Made by a program: the position numbers and the translations under genes. From a virus (Duplodnaviria > Heunggongvirae > Uroviricota > Caudoviricetes), in IMG/VR virus record IMGVR_UViG_3300042892_001069: 64,000 nucleotides of DNA; one strand, 5' to 3'. The notes below the pieces were generated by a model that was not told the origin of the DNA, made no database searches, and was given only the letters and a program-made list of their open reading frames with translations. Positions 9,784-19,104 of the stretch are shown one piece after another (position 1 is the stretch's first letter; each line of letters begins with the position of its first letter).

Positions 9784-10425
9784 TTAACCGCCTAACTGAC
9801 CGCCACCGCCGGTAAGGTTAGTACTGCGAGTTTGTTTAAAGTTAGCTGTTCCTACGCCAGCAGTAGCACCTACTTGAACACAGTTATCTGGCTGGATTGT
9901 AATATCAATCTCTGCCTGTGTTTGAACTGAATAGTCTAATGCGTTGTAGTTAGCAACTGTAACGTAGCAACCGTAGCACTCCCAAGTTTCTAATGCTGTT
10001 GGAGCAGATGCGCCGTTGCCGCCGTCTAGCATCTCAATACGCATGGTAAACTTGTAGTCTCCACCTGATGCTGCACTGCTTTGTTCAAAGAAATCAAACT
10101 GCTTTTGTAACTGCTCGCCGACTAGTTTGCTAACAGCACCAGTTACGTCATCACGTAATTTGATTGCTATAGTAGACCATACTGGTTTACCAGCAAAGTT
10201 AATCTTTGAGTTGTATACATCGATAGTCTGGTTAGCAAATGTAACCGTTGGTCTAACTGCTGTTGCAACTTGTTTTGTAAGTTCTGTAGTACCAGCAGAC
10301 ACGCCAAAGTTTTCAAACTGAATTCTAAAACGATACTTCAGTTTTGGCATCAGCATACCTTGTGAGGCAGCTGATTGTCCTGATGCTAGTGGAACTGTAA
10401 ATCTTGATAATGATGCGATTGACAT
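9784..10425 (-). CDS. Tail tube protein (gp19-like)
   Basis: PKLKYRFR..RPTVTF..FAGKPVW..LRDD..ETWECYGCY..LDYS; directly after sheath. Confidence 0.85.
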   Translation of the reverse strand: MSIASLSRFTVPLASGQSAASQGMLMPKLKYRFRIQFENFGVSAGTTELTKQVATAVRPTVTFANQTIDVYNSKINFAGKPVWSTIAIKLRDDVTGAVSKLVGEQLQKQFDFFEQSSAASGGDYKFTMRIEMLDGGNGASAPTALETWECYGCYVTVANYNALDYSVQTQAEIDITIQPDNCVQVGATAGVGTANFKQTRSTNLTGGGGQLGG

Positions 10426-10445
10426 ATTTTTATGCTCCGTTTATA

Positions 10446-13400
10446 TTAACCTAGACCCTTGATCTCGCCAGTGTTCTTCAAGCGTAATGGAATGTAAATA
10501 AATTCCACTGCTTTTACTGGTTCAATAGCTACGTCTAGATATAGTTCACTACGATCAATTCTAGCCGGAGTGTTATTACTTGTATCACACACTACTAGGT
10601 AGTCGTATAGCGCACGTTGTCCTACTAACTCTAACAATAGGCTTTCTGCTGCACCCTTAATTTCGTTACGTGTAATTGTATCGTTTGGTTCAAATACATA
10701 TGGTTTAGCTAACTGAGCAAACTGTCTACGTAGATAAATTACCAAACGTGCTACGTTAATACGATCTAAACTACTTGCGTTTTTAGCACGAGTGTATTGA
10801 CCGTAGTTAACTAGTCCTGTACCTGTAATAAATGTTAACGGATTAACTTTAATGCTGGCTAATGTATCACGTTGACCGTTGTTTAATGCCACTGATTGGA
10901 ACTCACCTTCGCTAGTAATATAACCAACTGCTGTTGCGTTAGTGATACCACCGCGTCTTGTGCCTGCTGGGGCAAACCATGGATAAGCAACGTTATCGCT
11001 TAGAGCAATAGTGCGCAACATCATGTGACTTGGTGGAACAGCCACGTTGTTACCAATGTTATCGCTTGTGAAGCCCCATGGATAGAAGAATCCTAAGTAT
11101 TCATCACTTGATACAAGACCGTTGTCGTTATCTTCTAAAGCGCCTTTAACGTTGTTACCCCAATTGCTTAATGAAGTAGCATCGGGTGTTAAACGTGGCG
11201 GAGTATCAGCAACAATGAACGCTGTTAAACCACGATCGTAGTTTAAGCTGACCATCTCGCCTACTAACTCAGAATATCCTGGGCAAGCAATTAAGTTAAA
11301 CACACGTGATTCTTCATCACGGATTTGTTGGTTAGCGTTAACAAGAGCCTGTAGGGCTTGGATAACAACTTTACGCTGTGCCTTACGACCAAATGTACCT
11401 GACCCGTCTTCTTGGTTACCAGCTTCACTTAACCAACGATGTGGATAGTATGTAGCCATTGACGGGTCACCTGCTAGACGCTTATTGTCAGCTTCAATAT
11501 TCACATAGTCACGTACAAAACGTTTAACGTTAAATCCTGAACGACGTAAGTTCCATAGCAACATACCTTTTGGATATAGTGCTGGATCCGGAGCATCAAA
11601 GTCTAAGAAATTGCTAGTTAACAACTCGGTAATGGTGCTGTCTGTAGGCATATCTGATGTACCACCATCAACCCCCCAACGAGCGTCACGGAATAAAACA
11701 CCGTCTTCTGAACTTTGATCTGAATTGTCAACTAGTACCCATTTCTTAGTTACATAGTTAAATTTATAAATCTTTGGAAAGTTTTCTAAATCGCTAGTAT
11801 CAATCCATAAATCGCCATTGCCTAACGCAGTTCCGTCACTTTGTACAGCAGGACGAGTTGCGCTAACAATTGGACCGTTAGGATCAGTTGCTTCACCGCC
11901 TGGAGCAGTTTGGTTATAGTTACCATAACCTACCCATGTTGTGCCATTATGAATCAACATATCAACTTCGTCGATCATGGAATTATACCATAACTTACCA
12001 TTAGCTGGAATAGTTGACGGAGCATCAGCACTTGCGTTAGCAAAGCCAATACGTGAACCGGCAGCACTAATAACAGTTGATGACCATAAACTTGCTAGAT
12101 ACTTAGTACTGTCAGCAGGATCGCTAGGATCTCTCCAAAGGTTACGTGTTGCTAAGCCAGCATTGTCAGGTGATGTATAATAAGATGTAAAGATGCGTGA
12201 TAATTCGGCGCCAGCTTCACTAGTATCAACCATTCTAAAGTCACCGCCTTGTCTATGGCTAATTGTTACTCTGCCAGTGGCTGCGTCATATTCTGCGCTG
12301 ATGTTAACTAACCCTGAGCTACCAATTTCTGCTACTAGTGTTTCAGCATCAAGTGCTCCGCCGGCTGCGCCAGCAGTAGTAAACGCAATAGTAATTGGAT
12401 TAGCTAATGTTGCTGAACCAGTTACACTTTCTTGAATAGTGAATGATACATCTTTGGCCGCAGTAAAAACACTTGGGGCCATGTCAACAGATTGAATAGT
12501 TGTTGCGCCGACGCTAGCACGATAAAATAATTTAAAGTTTGCTAATTGTGGGCCAGTGTGGTTTGATCCGCCTTCATCTGTGTTATACTGAACATAGATT
12601 GTTTTCAATGCTAAATTAATACCACCACCTGCTGAGTCTAAACTAGCTAGTGCAGCTTGATTAGTTGCGTACAACGGTGCGGCCTTTTCGACCCATGCTC
12701 CGGATGCTGCATTATAATTCTTAACTCTCCAACGTGCGCCGTTGTTTGGCTCAGTTGTTTTAATCCATAATGAACCAGTTGGGCGAGGAGTAGCATCAAA
12801 TGTTTTGTATTGCGGAACGCTTGTGTGCGGAGCAATTGTTAATGCTGGTGGAGCATAAGTACCTGCTGTTAATCCTAATGCGGTTAGTCCGGCATTAGTA
12901 CCCTCGGCTTCTATAACAATTGATGTGCTTTCAGTGTATAATGCTAGCTTACCATTTACAACGGCAGCACTGATTCCAAATCCTTGTAACGGAGCACTTG
13001 CGTTAATAGCTACAACTAATGCCGCTAAGTTTACTGGCTCAGTAAAAATATTAGTATTAATTTTAATAGACTTACCAACGCCGAGTGTTGGCAGAGCTTG
13101 TGTACCAGTTACTGCTGGCCAGCTTGATGCCCAGCTTGTACTACCAACTTCAACCCACATTCCTGAAGCATTTTTAAAGTAAACAGTGTTTACAGTAGTA
13201 GTTGCGTCAATTACATAGTCGCCTACATAACCAATACTAGCACGAGGAGCACTTCCAGCACCAGCTGATAATTTGCTTACTGCTGTAATAATTGTTGGAT
13301 ATTTAATTGTAAATGTCTGACCGCCGGTAGTTCTTGCGCCGGCGCTGTTCCATTCAAAAATACCATATTGTGTTGACGCTGTGTCAAACCAATATGTGTT

Positions 13401-13799
13401 GTCTTCTGGATCGCCTAACGGAGCATCGGCTAGCGCATCTAATTGATTTAGGTCAATATTAGCACGTACTACATACGCACGATTGCTTACACCTAAATAA
13501 CTGTATGCGGCTTGTAATCCGTATTCATTCTGTTCACCAGCATGGATAGGATTGTTATTCGCATCAGTTTTAAATACAGGTGTACCAAATGTATCTGCCA
13601 AATCTTTCTGACTTGTTAGTAGATAAACTTGGCCAGCGTTAGCGGCAAGCGTACCTCCAGCAACTCCGGTTGCTGATCCGTTTTGCTTGCTTTCAGCAGA
13701 GGCAACGATAATTAAGGGTGTTGTACCCGGTGCGGCAGGTGTATAGAACGATTCGTCTATTACGGTAACTGCTACGCCTGGTGAACTTAGTTGAGCCAT
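10446..13799 (-). CDS. Tail sheath protein (gp18-like) with large inserted domains
   Basis: SPGVAVTVIDES, PWFAPAGTRRG, RINVARL, VFEPND, VCDTSNNTP, IEPVKAVEFIYI. Confidence 0.96.
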   Translation of the reverse strand: MAQLSSPGVAVTVIDESFYTPAAPGTTPLIIVASAESKQNGSATGVAGGTLAANAGQVYLLTSQKDLADTFGTPVFKTDANNNPIHAGEQNEYGLQAAYSYLGVSNRAYVVRANIDLNQLDALADAPLGDPEDNTYWFDTASTQYGIFEWNSAGARTTGGQTFTIKYPTIITAVSKLSAGAGSAPRASIGYVGDYVIDATTTVNTVYFKNASGMWVEVGSTSWASSWPAVTGTQALPTLGVGKSIKINTNIFTEPVNLAALVVAINASAPLQGFGISAAVVNGKLALYTESTSIVIEAEGTNAGLTALGLTAGTYAPPALTIAPHTSVPQYKTFDATPRPTGSLWIKTTEPNNGARWRVKNYNAASGAWVEKAAPLYATNQAALASLDSAGGGINLALKTIYVQYNTDEGGSNHTGPQLANFKLFYRASVGATTIQSVDMAPSVFTAAKDVSFTIQESVTGSATLANPITIAFTTAGAAGGALDAETLVAEIGSSGLVNISAEYDAATGRVTISHRQGGDFRMVDTSEAGAELSRIFTSYYTSPDNAGLATRNLWRDPSDPADSTKYLASLWSSTVISAAGSRIGFANASADAPSTIPANGKLWYNSMIDEVDMLIHNGTTWVGYGNYNQTAPGGEATDPNGPIVSATRPAVQSDGTALGNGDLWIDTSDLENFPKIYKFNYVTKKWVLVDNSDQSSEDGVLFRDARWGVDGGTSDMPTDSTITELLTSNFLDFDAPDPALYPKGMLLWNLRRSGFNVKRFVRDYVNIEADNKRLAGDPSMATYYPHRWLSEAGNQEDGSGTFGRKAQRKVVIQALQALVNANQQIRDEESRVFNLIACPGYSELVGEMVSLNYDRGLTAFIVADTPPRLTPDATSLSNWGNNVKGALEDNDNGLVSSDEYLGFFYPWGFTSDNIGNNVAVPPSHMMLRTIALSDNVAYPWFAPAGTRRGGITNATAVGYITSEGEFQSVALNNGQRDTLASIKVNPLTFITGTGLVNYGQYTRAKNASSLDRINVARLVIYLRRQFAQLAKPYVFEPNDTITRNEIKGAAESLLLELVGQRALYDYLVVCDTSNNTPARIDRSELYLDVAIEPVKAVEFIYIPLRLKNTGEIKGLG

Positions 13800-13831
13800 T
13801 TTGTGATCTCCAATGAATACTATTTCTAATT

Positions 13832-13854
13832 GTATTTAGTGGATTTTGGCTTTT
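13832..13854 (-). promoter_or_regulatory. Late promoter with extended upstream element, identical copy at 59164-59186
   Basis: Minus strand AAAAGCCAAAATCCACTAAATAC upstream of sheath; GGAG before the ATG. Confidence 0.75.
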
Positions 13855-13904
13855 TGTATATGATATACAGCCTAGAAAAGGTTCTAAAAAGGCTTAAATA
13901 AAAT

Positions 13905-14231
13905 ATGAGACCATTATGTGACTGCGGACTACGGCCTGTTGCTGTTAATTACTATAAACTAGGTAAGCCTTACTACAGGAGTCAGTGTGGAGCATGTAAT
14001 AGAGGAGTAAAATTACCACGGTGGTTTACTAGCGGGTATCGTCCTAAATCATCCTGCGATAAATGTGGGTTTAAAAGTACACACAAAGAAGTATTCGCAG
14101 TCTTCCACGTTGACGGCGATTTGAATAACTGTAGACCTGCGAATTTAAAAACAATATGCGCCAACTGTCAACGCATATTACACAAAGAAGGTATTAAGTG
14201 GAAACAAGGTGATTTGATACCAGATCTTTAA
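13905..14231 (+). CDS. Zn-finger / degenerate HNH protein
   Basis: Four Cys pairs; FHVDGDLNNCRPANLKTICANCQ resembles HHIDG..NN...NL..LC.NCH. Confidence 0.75.
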   Translation: MRPLCDCGLRPVAVNYYKLGKPYYRSQCGACNRGVKLPRWFTSGYRPKSSCDKCGFKSTHKEVFAVFHVDGDLNNCRPANLKTICANCQRILHKEGIKWKQGDLIPDL

Positions 14232-14841
14232 CTTGTTCAAATAAGTCATCGATAGTAGTATCATTAGGAATAGTAGCATCAAACTTAGTTCCACACCATG
14301 CGGTTTCGCTGGCGTGAATTTTTAATTTCGACATACGACTACTTGCGATTGACCAATTTATACAGCGATCACCGGCGTTCATGTCGCAAGCATCATTGTA
14401 CCATTCAGGATCATCACCCCGCTTTACACGTATTACAATCCCGCCAGCGGCTTTAATTGATTTGATTTCGTTAGGGAAACGACAGTCACTAATAACAATG
14501 TCGTCTGTGCTGTTGCGTAGTTTATTTTCCAAACTGGCAATCCAAATGTCATCGTGGAACGCTTTGCGACATACCTCTGTGCCCCAGTATTGTAGTACCC
14601 AGCGTGGAGTTAACTCGGGCATATTCAAACGTTCTGACCACCATGGATCTACTTGTTCACGCCATTCACGGGCTTGTTTTGTGCGGCCTTCGAGCATGGT
14701 TCTGTCCCAACCAAATACATGAGCTACAGCATCTTTCAAACTGTTGGCAAACGATTCTCGTCGAAATCCGTGAAAGTTAGTAAGATAGTCGGCAATAGTA
14801 TCTTTGCCGGAACCGATAAAACCGCACACACCTATAATCAT
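14194..14841 (-). CDS. Deoxynucleoside monophosphate kinase (T4 gp1-like)
   Basis: GFIGSGKDT P-loop, SFANSLKD, TPRWVLQYWGTEV, VISDCRFPNE, HASE. Confidence 0.93.
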   Translation of the reverse strand: MIIGVCGFIGSGKDTIADYLTNFHGFRRESFANSLKDAVAHVFGWDRTMLEGRTKQAREWREQVDPWWSERLNMPELTPRWVLQYWGTEVCRKAFHDDIWIASLENKLRNSTDDIVISDCRFPNEIKSIKAAGGIVIRVKRGDDPEWYNDACDMNAGDRCINWSIASSRMSKLKIHASETAWCGTKFDATIPNDTTIDDLFEQVKDLVSNHLVST

Positions 14842-14864
14842 AAGAAACCTCGTAAAGTACTGTT

Positions 14865-14893
14865 AGTATATAACAGATTTATTACAAGGTCAA
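14865..14893 (-). promoter_or_regulatory. Sigma70-type promoter for dNMP kinase
   Basis: TTGACC-17 nt-TATACT, then GAGG and ATG. Confidence 0.75.
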
Positions 14894-14901
14894 ATTATTT
14901 G

Positions 14902-15672
14902 TTAGCCAATAATAAAGGTCATTGGGCTTCCGCCCGATACTAGTTCGGCTAATTCTTTGTCTAATCTAGTTAGCTCTTCTTTGCTAGCTGATAGTAGTGC
15001 CGCGCCGTTGAGTGTAATACCACCTGATCCTGGGCCAGCAATTGACCCAAACTTAGAGCGTGCTTCACCTAACATTGCTTTACAAACTGCTAGGGTATAA
15101 TCATACAGCCATTGTTTGGCATATATGTCTTGTAGCAGTACATAGTCTGGGCGGTAATTGTGGGTACGTAGCATAATCTGTTCGCCTTGGGCAAACGGAC
15201 GTTGTAGAATTGTTAGCATGTGGCTAGTTGGCTTCCATTTGAATTCAATATAGCTACCAAACATTTTACCTACTAGCTTTTGATAACCGGCAAACAGCTC
15301 GTAGGTTGCTAATCCACCCATCATTGATCCAGACATCAAGTACGTGTTTGTATAAGCCAAGTTAAATGGCTCGAACAATGTTCCGCCAGCGCCTAGTCCG
15401 CTACGTGATCCAATAGCTCTGCGAAATACACTTTGTACTTCGATAATTTCGTCAGGCAACCGGTACTCGTTTTGATCCTGAATTAGTTCTAGAAAACTAT
15501 AACTTTCCTCTACACTGTTACTACTGCGTTGTCTAAACCTAGTAATAGCACTATTTAAAGCGGTTTCGTAATGTTTAGGATCTAACTCTACTTCAACCAT
15601 GCCGTCACCTAGCATATTGCGCACGTAGTCAAATACATTATTTCGTTCAATTAAAGATGTAGAATCAGACAT
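14902..15672 (-). CDS. Neck protein (T4 gp13-like)
   Basis: LGDGMVEVELD..WLYDYTLAVCKAMLGEARSKF..GGITLNG..P..FIIG. Confidence 0.88.
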   Translation of the reverse strand: MSDSTSLIERNNVFDYVRNMLGDGMVEVELDPKHYETALNSAITRFRQRSSNSVEESYSFLELIQDQNEYRLPDEIIEVQSVFRRAIGSRSGLGAGGTLFEPFNLAYTNTYLMSGSMMGGLATYELFAGYQKLVGKMFGSYIEFKWKPTSHMLTILQRPFAQGEQIMLRTHNYRPDYVLLQDIYAKQWLYDYTLAVCKAMLGEARSKFGSIAGPGSGGITLNGAALLSASKEELTRLDKELAELVSGGSPMTFIIG

Positions 15673-15687
15673 ATTAGTTCTCCACTC

Positions 15688-15709
15688 ATATTTATCTAAC
15701 GATAAATAT
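15688..15709. promoter_or_regulatory. Back-to-back divergent late promoters forming an inverted repeat
   Basis: ATATTTATC-TAAC-GATAAATAT between the two neck genes. Confidence 0.75.
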
Positions 15710-15713
15710 CAGT

Positions 15714-17189
15714 ATGCCAAGACTTTCCTTATACAAGCCTGAACGAGGGCAAGACTACAAGTTTATAGATCGCCAGATTTCTGAGATGTTTCAGGTAGGA
15801 GCAACTGATGTTTACCTACACAAATATATCGGTTCTAATACTAGCGAAGCTAATGCCACGGCTGATCAGCCGCATTATGCTACAACGTCTGTAACTAACA
15901 TACAAGATTTATTGTTTTTAGAAAACAGAGATCGTAAGTATGATTCAGAAATTTACAGAATTCGTGGACTGTATAATGTACAAAATATTGACTTTAATTT
16001 AAGTCAATTTGGATTGTTCATAGACAACGACACCCTGTTTATGACTGTACACATTAATGATTTTATCAAATATATTGGTCGCAAACCTATTAGTGGTGAT
16101 GTAATGGAAATGCCGCACTTGCGTGATCAGTTTGCCTTGAATGATTTTGAAGTAGGTCTACCACGCTACTATGTTATCGAAGATGTAGGTCGTGCTAGCG
16201 AAGGATTTAGTAGTACTTGGTATCCACATTTGTATCGATTAAAACTTAGAAAAGTTACAGACAACCAGCAATTTGCCGATATCTTTAACAAACCTATTCT
16301 TGACGCAAACGGAGATCCGTTGTTAGATTCAAGTGGCAATTTAACAGGGCAAACCCTACGTGATTTGTTAAGTACCCACAACAAAGAATTAGCAGTTAAC
16401 GACACTGTAATTGCGCAAGCAGAAGCTGATACTCCTAAGAGCGGATATGAAACTAGACAATTTTATACGCTGGCTGTTGATGCGCAAGGCAAACCTATTT
16501 TAAATACTGCTGACTCTGTTCCTTTATTAGGTGTAGGTCTAGATGCTAGTAACGCTACTATTACAGCACAAGAAAGTAATGCTAGGCCAGTTAGAACAGG
16601 ATACACTGGATACTTGGTAGGTGACGGATTTCCGGCTAACGGATACGATTTTGGCCACGGTATTCAATTTCCAGAAAGCGCAATCCAAGACGATTTCTTC
16701 TTGCGCACTGACTTCTTACCTAACCGATTATTTAGATATCAAGAAAATCGCTGGATCAAAGTTGAAGACGCTGTGCGTATGACATTGACAAATAATAATA
16801 CTCGTCAAACATTGAAAACTGGTTTTATTAATAATACTGATTCAATTTACAATCAACAAATAGCTGTTGACGCAGTTATCCTGACAGCTGGCGCTTATGT
16901 GATTAATACTACTATAAATTATATCGAAGCTCCTTATATAATGATTAAACAATCTATTACAGAAATTGGCTTTACTGTAGCAGACTATCCTGATCAAGTA
17001 TTGATTTCTAGCTACCTGGTAGATACTGTTGCCAAGGTTAGAATTACACTACCATTGACTAATTTATTAGATCCAACTACACAGCAAACAATACCATACG
17101 CCGAAGTATGGCAAGTTGGACTGTACAATAATAAAGAAGAAGTAAGACAAAGTTTGTCAAAAGCTCTTCGACCTAAGGCGGATTTATAA
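15714..17189 (+). CDS. Neck protein (gp14-like) with C-terminal extension
   Basis: IQDLLFLENRDRKY, LSQFGLFI..DTLFMTVH, GRKPISGDV.E.PH; between gp13-like and gp15-like genes. Confidence 0.75.
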   Translation: MPRLSLYKPERGQDYKFIDRQISEMFQVGATDVYLHKYIGSNTSEANATADQPHYATTSVTNIQDLLFLENRDRKYDSEIYRIRGLYNVQNIDFNLSQFGLFIDNDTLFMTVHINDFIKYIGRKPISGDVMEMPHLRDQFALNDFEVGLPRYYVIEDVGRASEGFSSTWYPHLYRLKLRKVTDNQQFADIFNKPILDANGDPLLDSSGNLTGQTLRDLLSTHNKELAVNDTVIAQAEADTPKSGYETRQFYTLAVDAQGKPILNTADSVPLLGVGLDASNATITAQESNARPVRTGYTGYLVGDGFPANGYDFGHGIQFPESAIQDDFFLRTDFLPNRLFRYQENRWIKVEDAVRMTLTNNNTRQTLKTGFINNTDSIYNQQIAVDAVILTAGAYVINTTINYIEAPYIMIKQSITEIGFTVADYPDQVLISSYLVDTVAKVRITLPLTNLLDPTTQQTIPYAEVWQVGLYNNKEEVRQSLSKALRPKADL

Positions 17190-18667
17190 TGCTTCATTTT
17201 TATGACGGGCAAATACGTAGATATCTAACACAGACAATTCGTGTGCTAAGTAATTTTTCTGTAAAATATGGAGACGGTTCTCTAGTACGTATTCCAGTAA
17301 TGTACGGTGATGCTGACAAGCAAGTGGCCAATATTATACGGCAAAATTCAGAAAACGTAGTTAACTCTACTCCGCGCATTAGCGTATATATTTCTGCGTT
17401 AGATATTGATCGAGCAAGATTAAGTGATAGCACGTATGTTGGTAAATTACATTTTAGAGAACGTGACATTGATCAACAAGTATATACTGTAGGGCAGGGT
17501 AAAAATTATACCGTTGAACGTATGATGCCAACTCCGTTTAAATTAACAATGAAATGTGATATATGGTCAGCTAACGCAGACCAAAAATTACAAATACTTG
17601 AACAGATTCTTGTGTTGTTTAATCCAAGTTTAGAATTACAAACCACTGATAACTACATTGATTGGACCAGTCTAACTGTTTTAGAACTTGCTAGTATGTC
17701 ATGGAGTAGTAAATTAGTGCCTGTTGGTACACAGGATGCTCCTATAGACATTGCCACGCTTACATTAGATACTCCAATATGGATTAGTCCTCCAGCTAAG
17801 GTTAAACATCTTGGTGTTATTACTAGTATTGTTACTGGACTTTATCAAAATAGTAATACTGACTACGGTGGGTACATTGACGGGCTTGGTGCCGATTTAG
17901 GTGGAGATACTGTTACTGTGAATAGCGGTCTTACTAAAGATACCGCAACTATTAGTAATTATCATATACAGGTATACAATAGTCAAGCATTATTAATGGG
18001 TAAAAACGAAAATGCTGTTCCAAGAGAACCCACGTTAGACATACCATTAAGGCAAGGTGCTGTCTTAATATGGGACGAATTGTTTAGTCAGCATCCTGGT
18101 TTATATAAAGCAGGGTCAAGTAGAATATTTTTAAATCAGCCTGACGGTTCAACAGTCATTGGCACTATTGCTATAAGCGCAATTGATCCTGCAATACTAC
18201 AAATAAATTGGGATCCGGACACATATCCTAAGGATGATTTGTTAACAGAAAATATTTTTAATAATTATCAAAGTGTTAGAACCGGTAGCCCAGGGACGTT
18301 TGATGCTATTATTGACCCAACAACTAAGGGGCCAAGAGGATCTGGATTAGTTGATCCAACAACTGGCGCATTAGAGCTTGGTGCCGGCACTAGATACATG
18401 CTGGTTGAAGACATTGGAGAAACTATTAATGTTGATGGTCCGGACGCATGGAAAAACAATGATGGTACAGATTTTATAGCATCCGCTAATGATATTATAG
18501 AGTGGGACGGTGCCGCTTGGCATGTTATATTTAATGCTCAAGAAACAGGCCAACATCTTCTTCAAACAAATATATATACTGGCATACAGTACGTGTGGAA
18601 TAACGTGCTGTGGGCAAAGTCATTTGAAGGTGATTACAGGGTTGGCCAATGGAGAATAGAACTTTAA
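17189..18667 (+). CDS. Tail terminator / sheath stabiliser (gp15-like) with extension
   Basis: HFYDGQIRRY, IPVMYG, PRISV, PTPFKL, QILEQILVLFNP. Confidence 0.85.
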   Translation: MLHFYDGQIRRYLTQTIRVLSNFSVKYGDGSLVRIPVMYGDADKQVANIIRQNSENVVNSTPRISVYISALDIDRARLSDSTYVGKLHFRERDIDQQVYTVGQGKNYTVERMMPTPFKLTMKCDIWSANADQKLQILEQILVLFNPSLELQTTDNYIDWTSLTVLELASMSWSSKLVPVGTQDAPIDIATLTLDTPIWISPPAKVKHLGVITSIVTGLYQNSNTDYGGYIDGLGADLGGDTVTVNSGLTKDTATISNYHIQVYNSQALLMGKNENAVPREPTLDIPLRQGAVLIWDELFSQHPGLYKAGSSRIFLNQPDGSTVIGTIAISAIDPAILQINWDPDTYPKDDLLTENIFNNYQSVRTGSPGTFDAIIDPTTKGPRGSGLVDPTTGALELGAGTRYMLVEDIGETINVDGPDAWKNNDGTDFIASANDIIEWDGAAWHVIFNAQETGQHLLQTNIYTGIQYVWNNVLWAKSFEGDYRVGQWRIEL

Positions 18668-19104
18668 AAGATCGTATTGTTTGTAGCGGAGCATTGTTCT
18701 ACGCTAAATCAACACGACGAGTTCTGTTATTACAAAAAGCTCAAGGTAAACATGCCGGCACATGGGGGTTAGTTGGCGGTACTAATCTAATAGACGAAAA
18801 CCCATGGCAAGGCCTTCAGCGTGAAATCAAAGAAGAAATTGGCACTCCGCCTAAAATTCTAAAAACAATTCCTTTAGAAACATTTGTATCAAACGATAAA
18901 GTGTTTAATTTTCACACGTACTTGTGTGTAATAGAAAATGAATTCATTCCTATATTAAGTGACGAACATATTGCGTGGAGTTGGTCAACTATCGATCATC
19001 CACCAAAGCCACTACATCAAGGTCTGCGTAATAGTTTCAACAGTAAGACAATTCGTAATAAATTACAAACTGTCTTTGACCTAGTTGATATAATTACTCC
19101 TTAA
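18649..19104 (+). CDS. Nudix hydrolase
   Basis: Nudix box GTNLIDENPWQGLQREIKEEIG; LSDEH; PLHQGL. Confidence 0.9.
   Translation: MENRTLKDRIVCSGALFYAKSTRRVLLLQKAQGKHAGTWGLVGGTNLIDENPWQGLQREIKEEIGTPPKILKTIPLETFVSNDKVFNFHTYLCVIENEFIPILSDEHIAWSWSTIDHPPKPLHQGLRNSFNSKTIRNKLQTVFDLVDIITP

Noticed and set aside
8709-13799. Bacterial contractile injection system or tailocin
   Set aside because: Terminase, head completion, neck proteins and dNMP kinase indicate a complete phage
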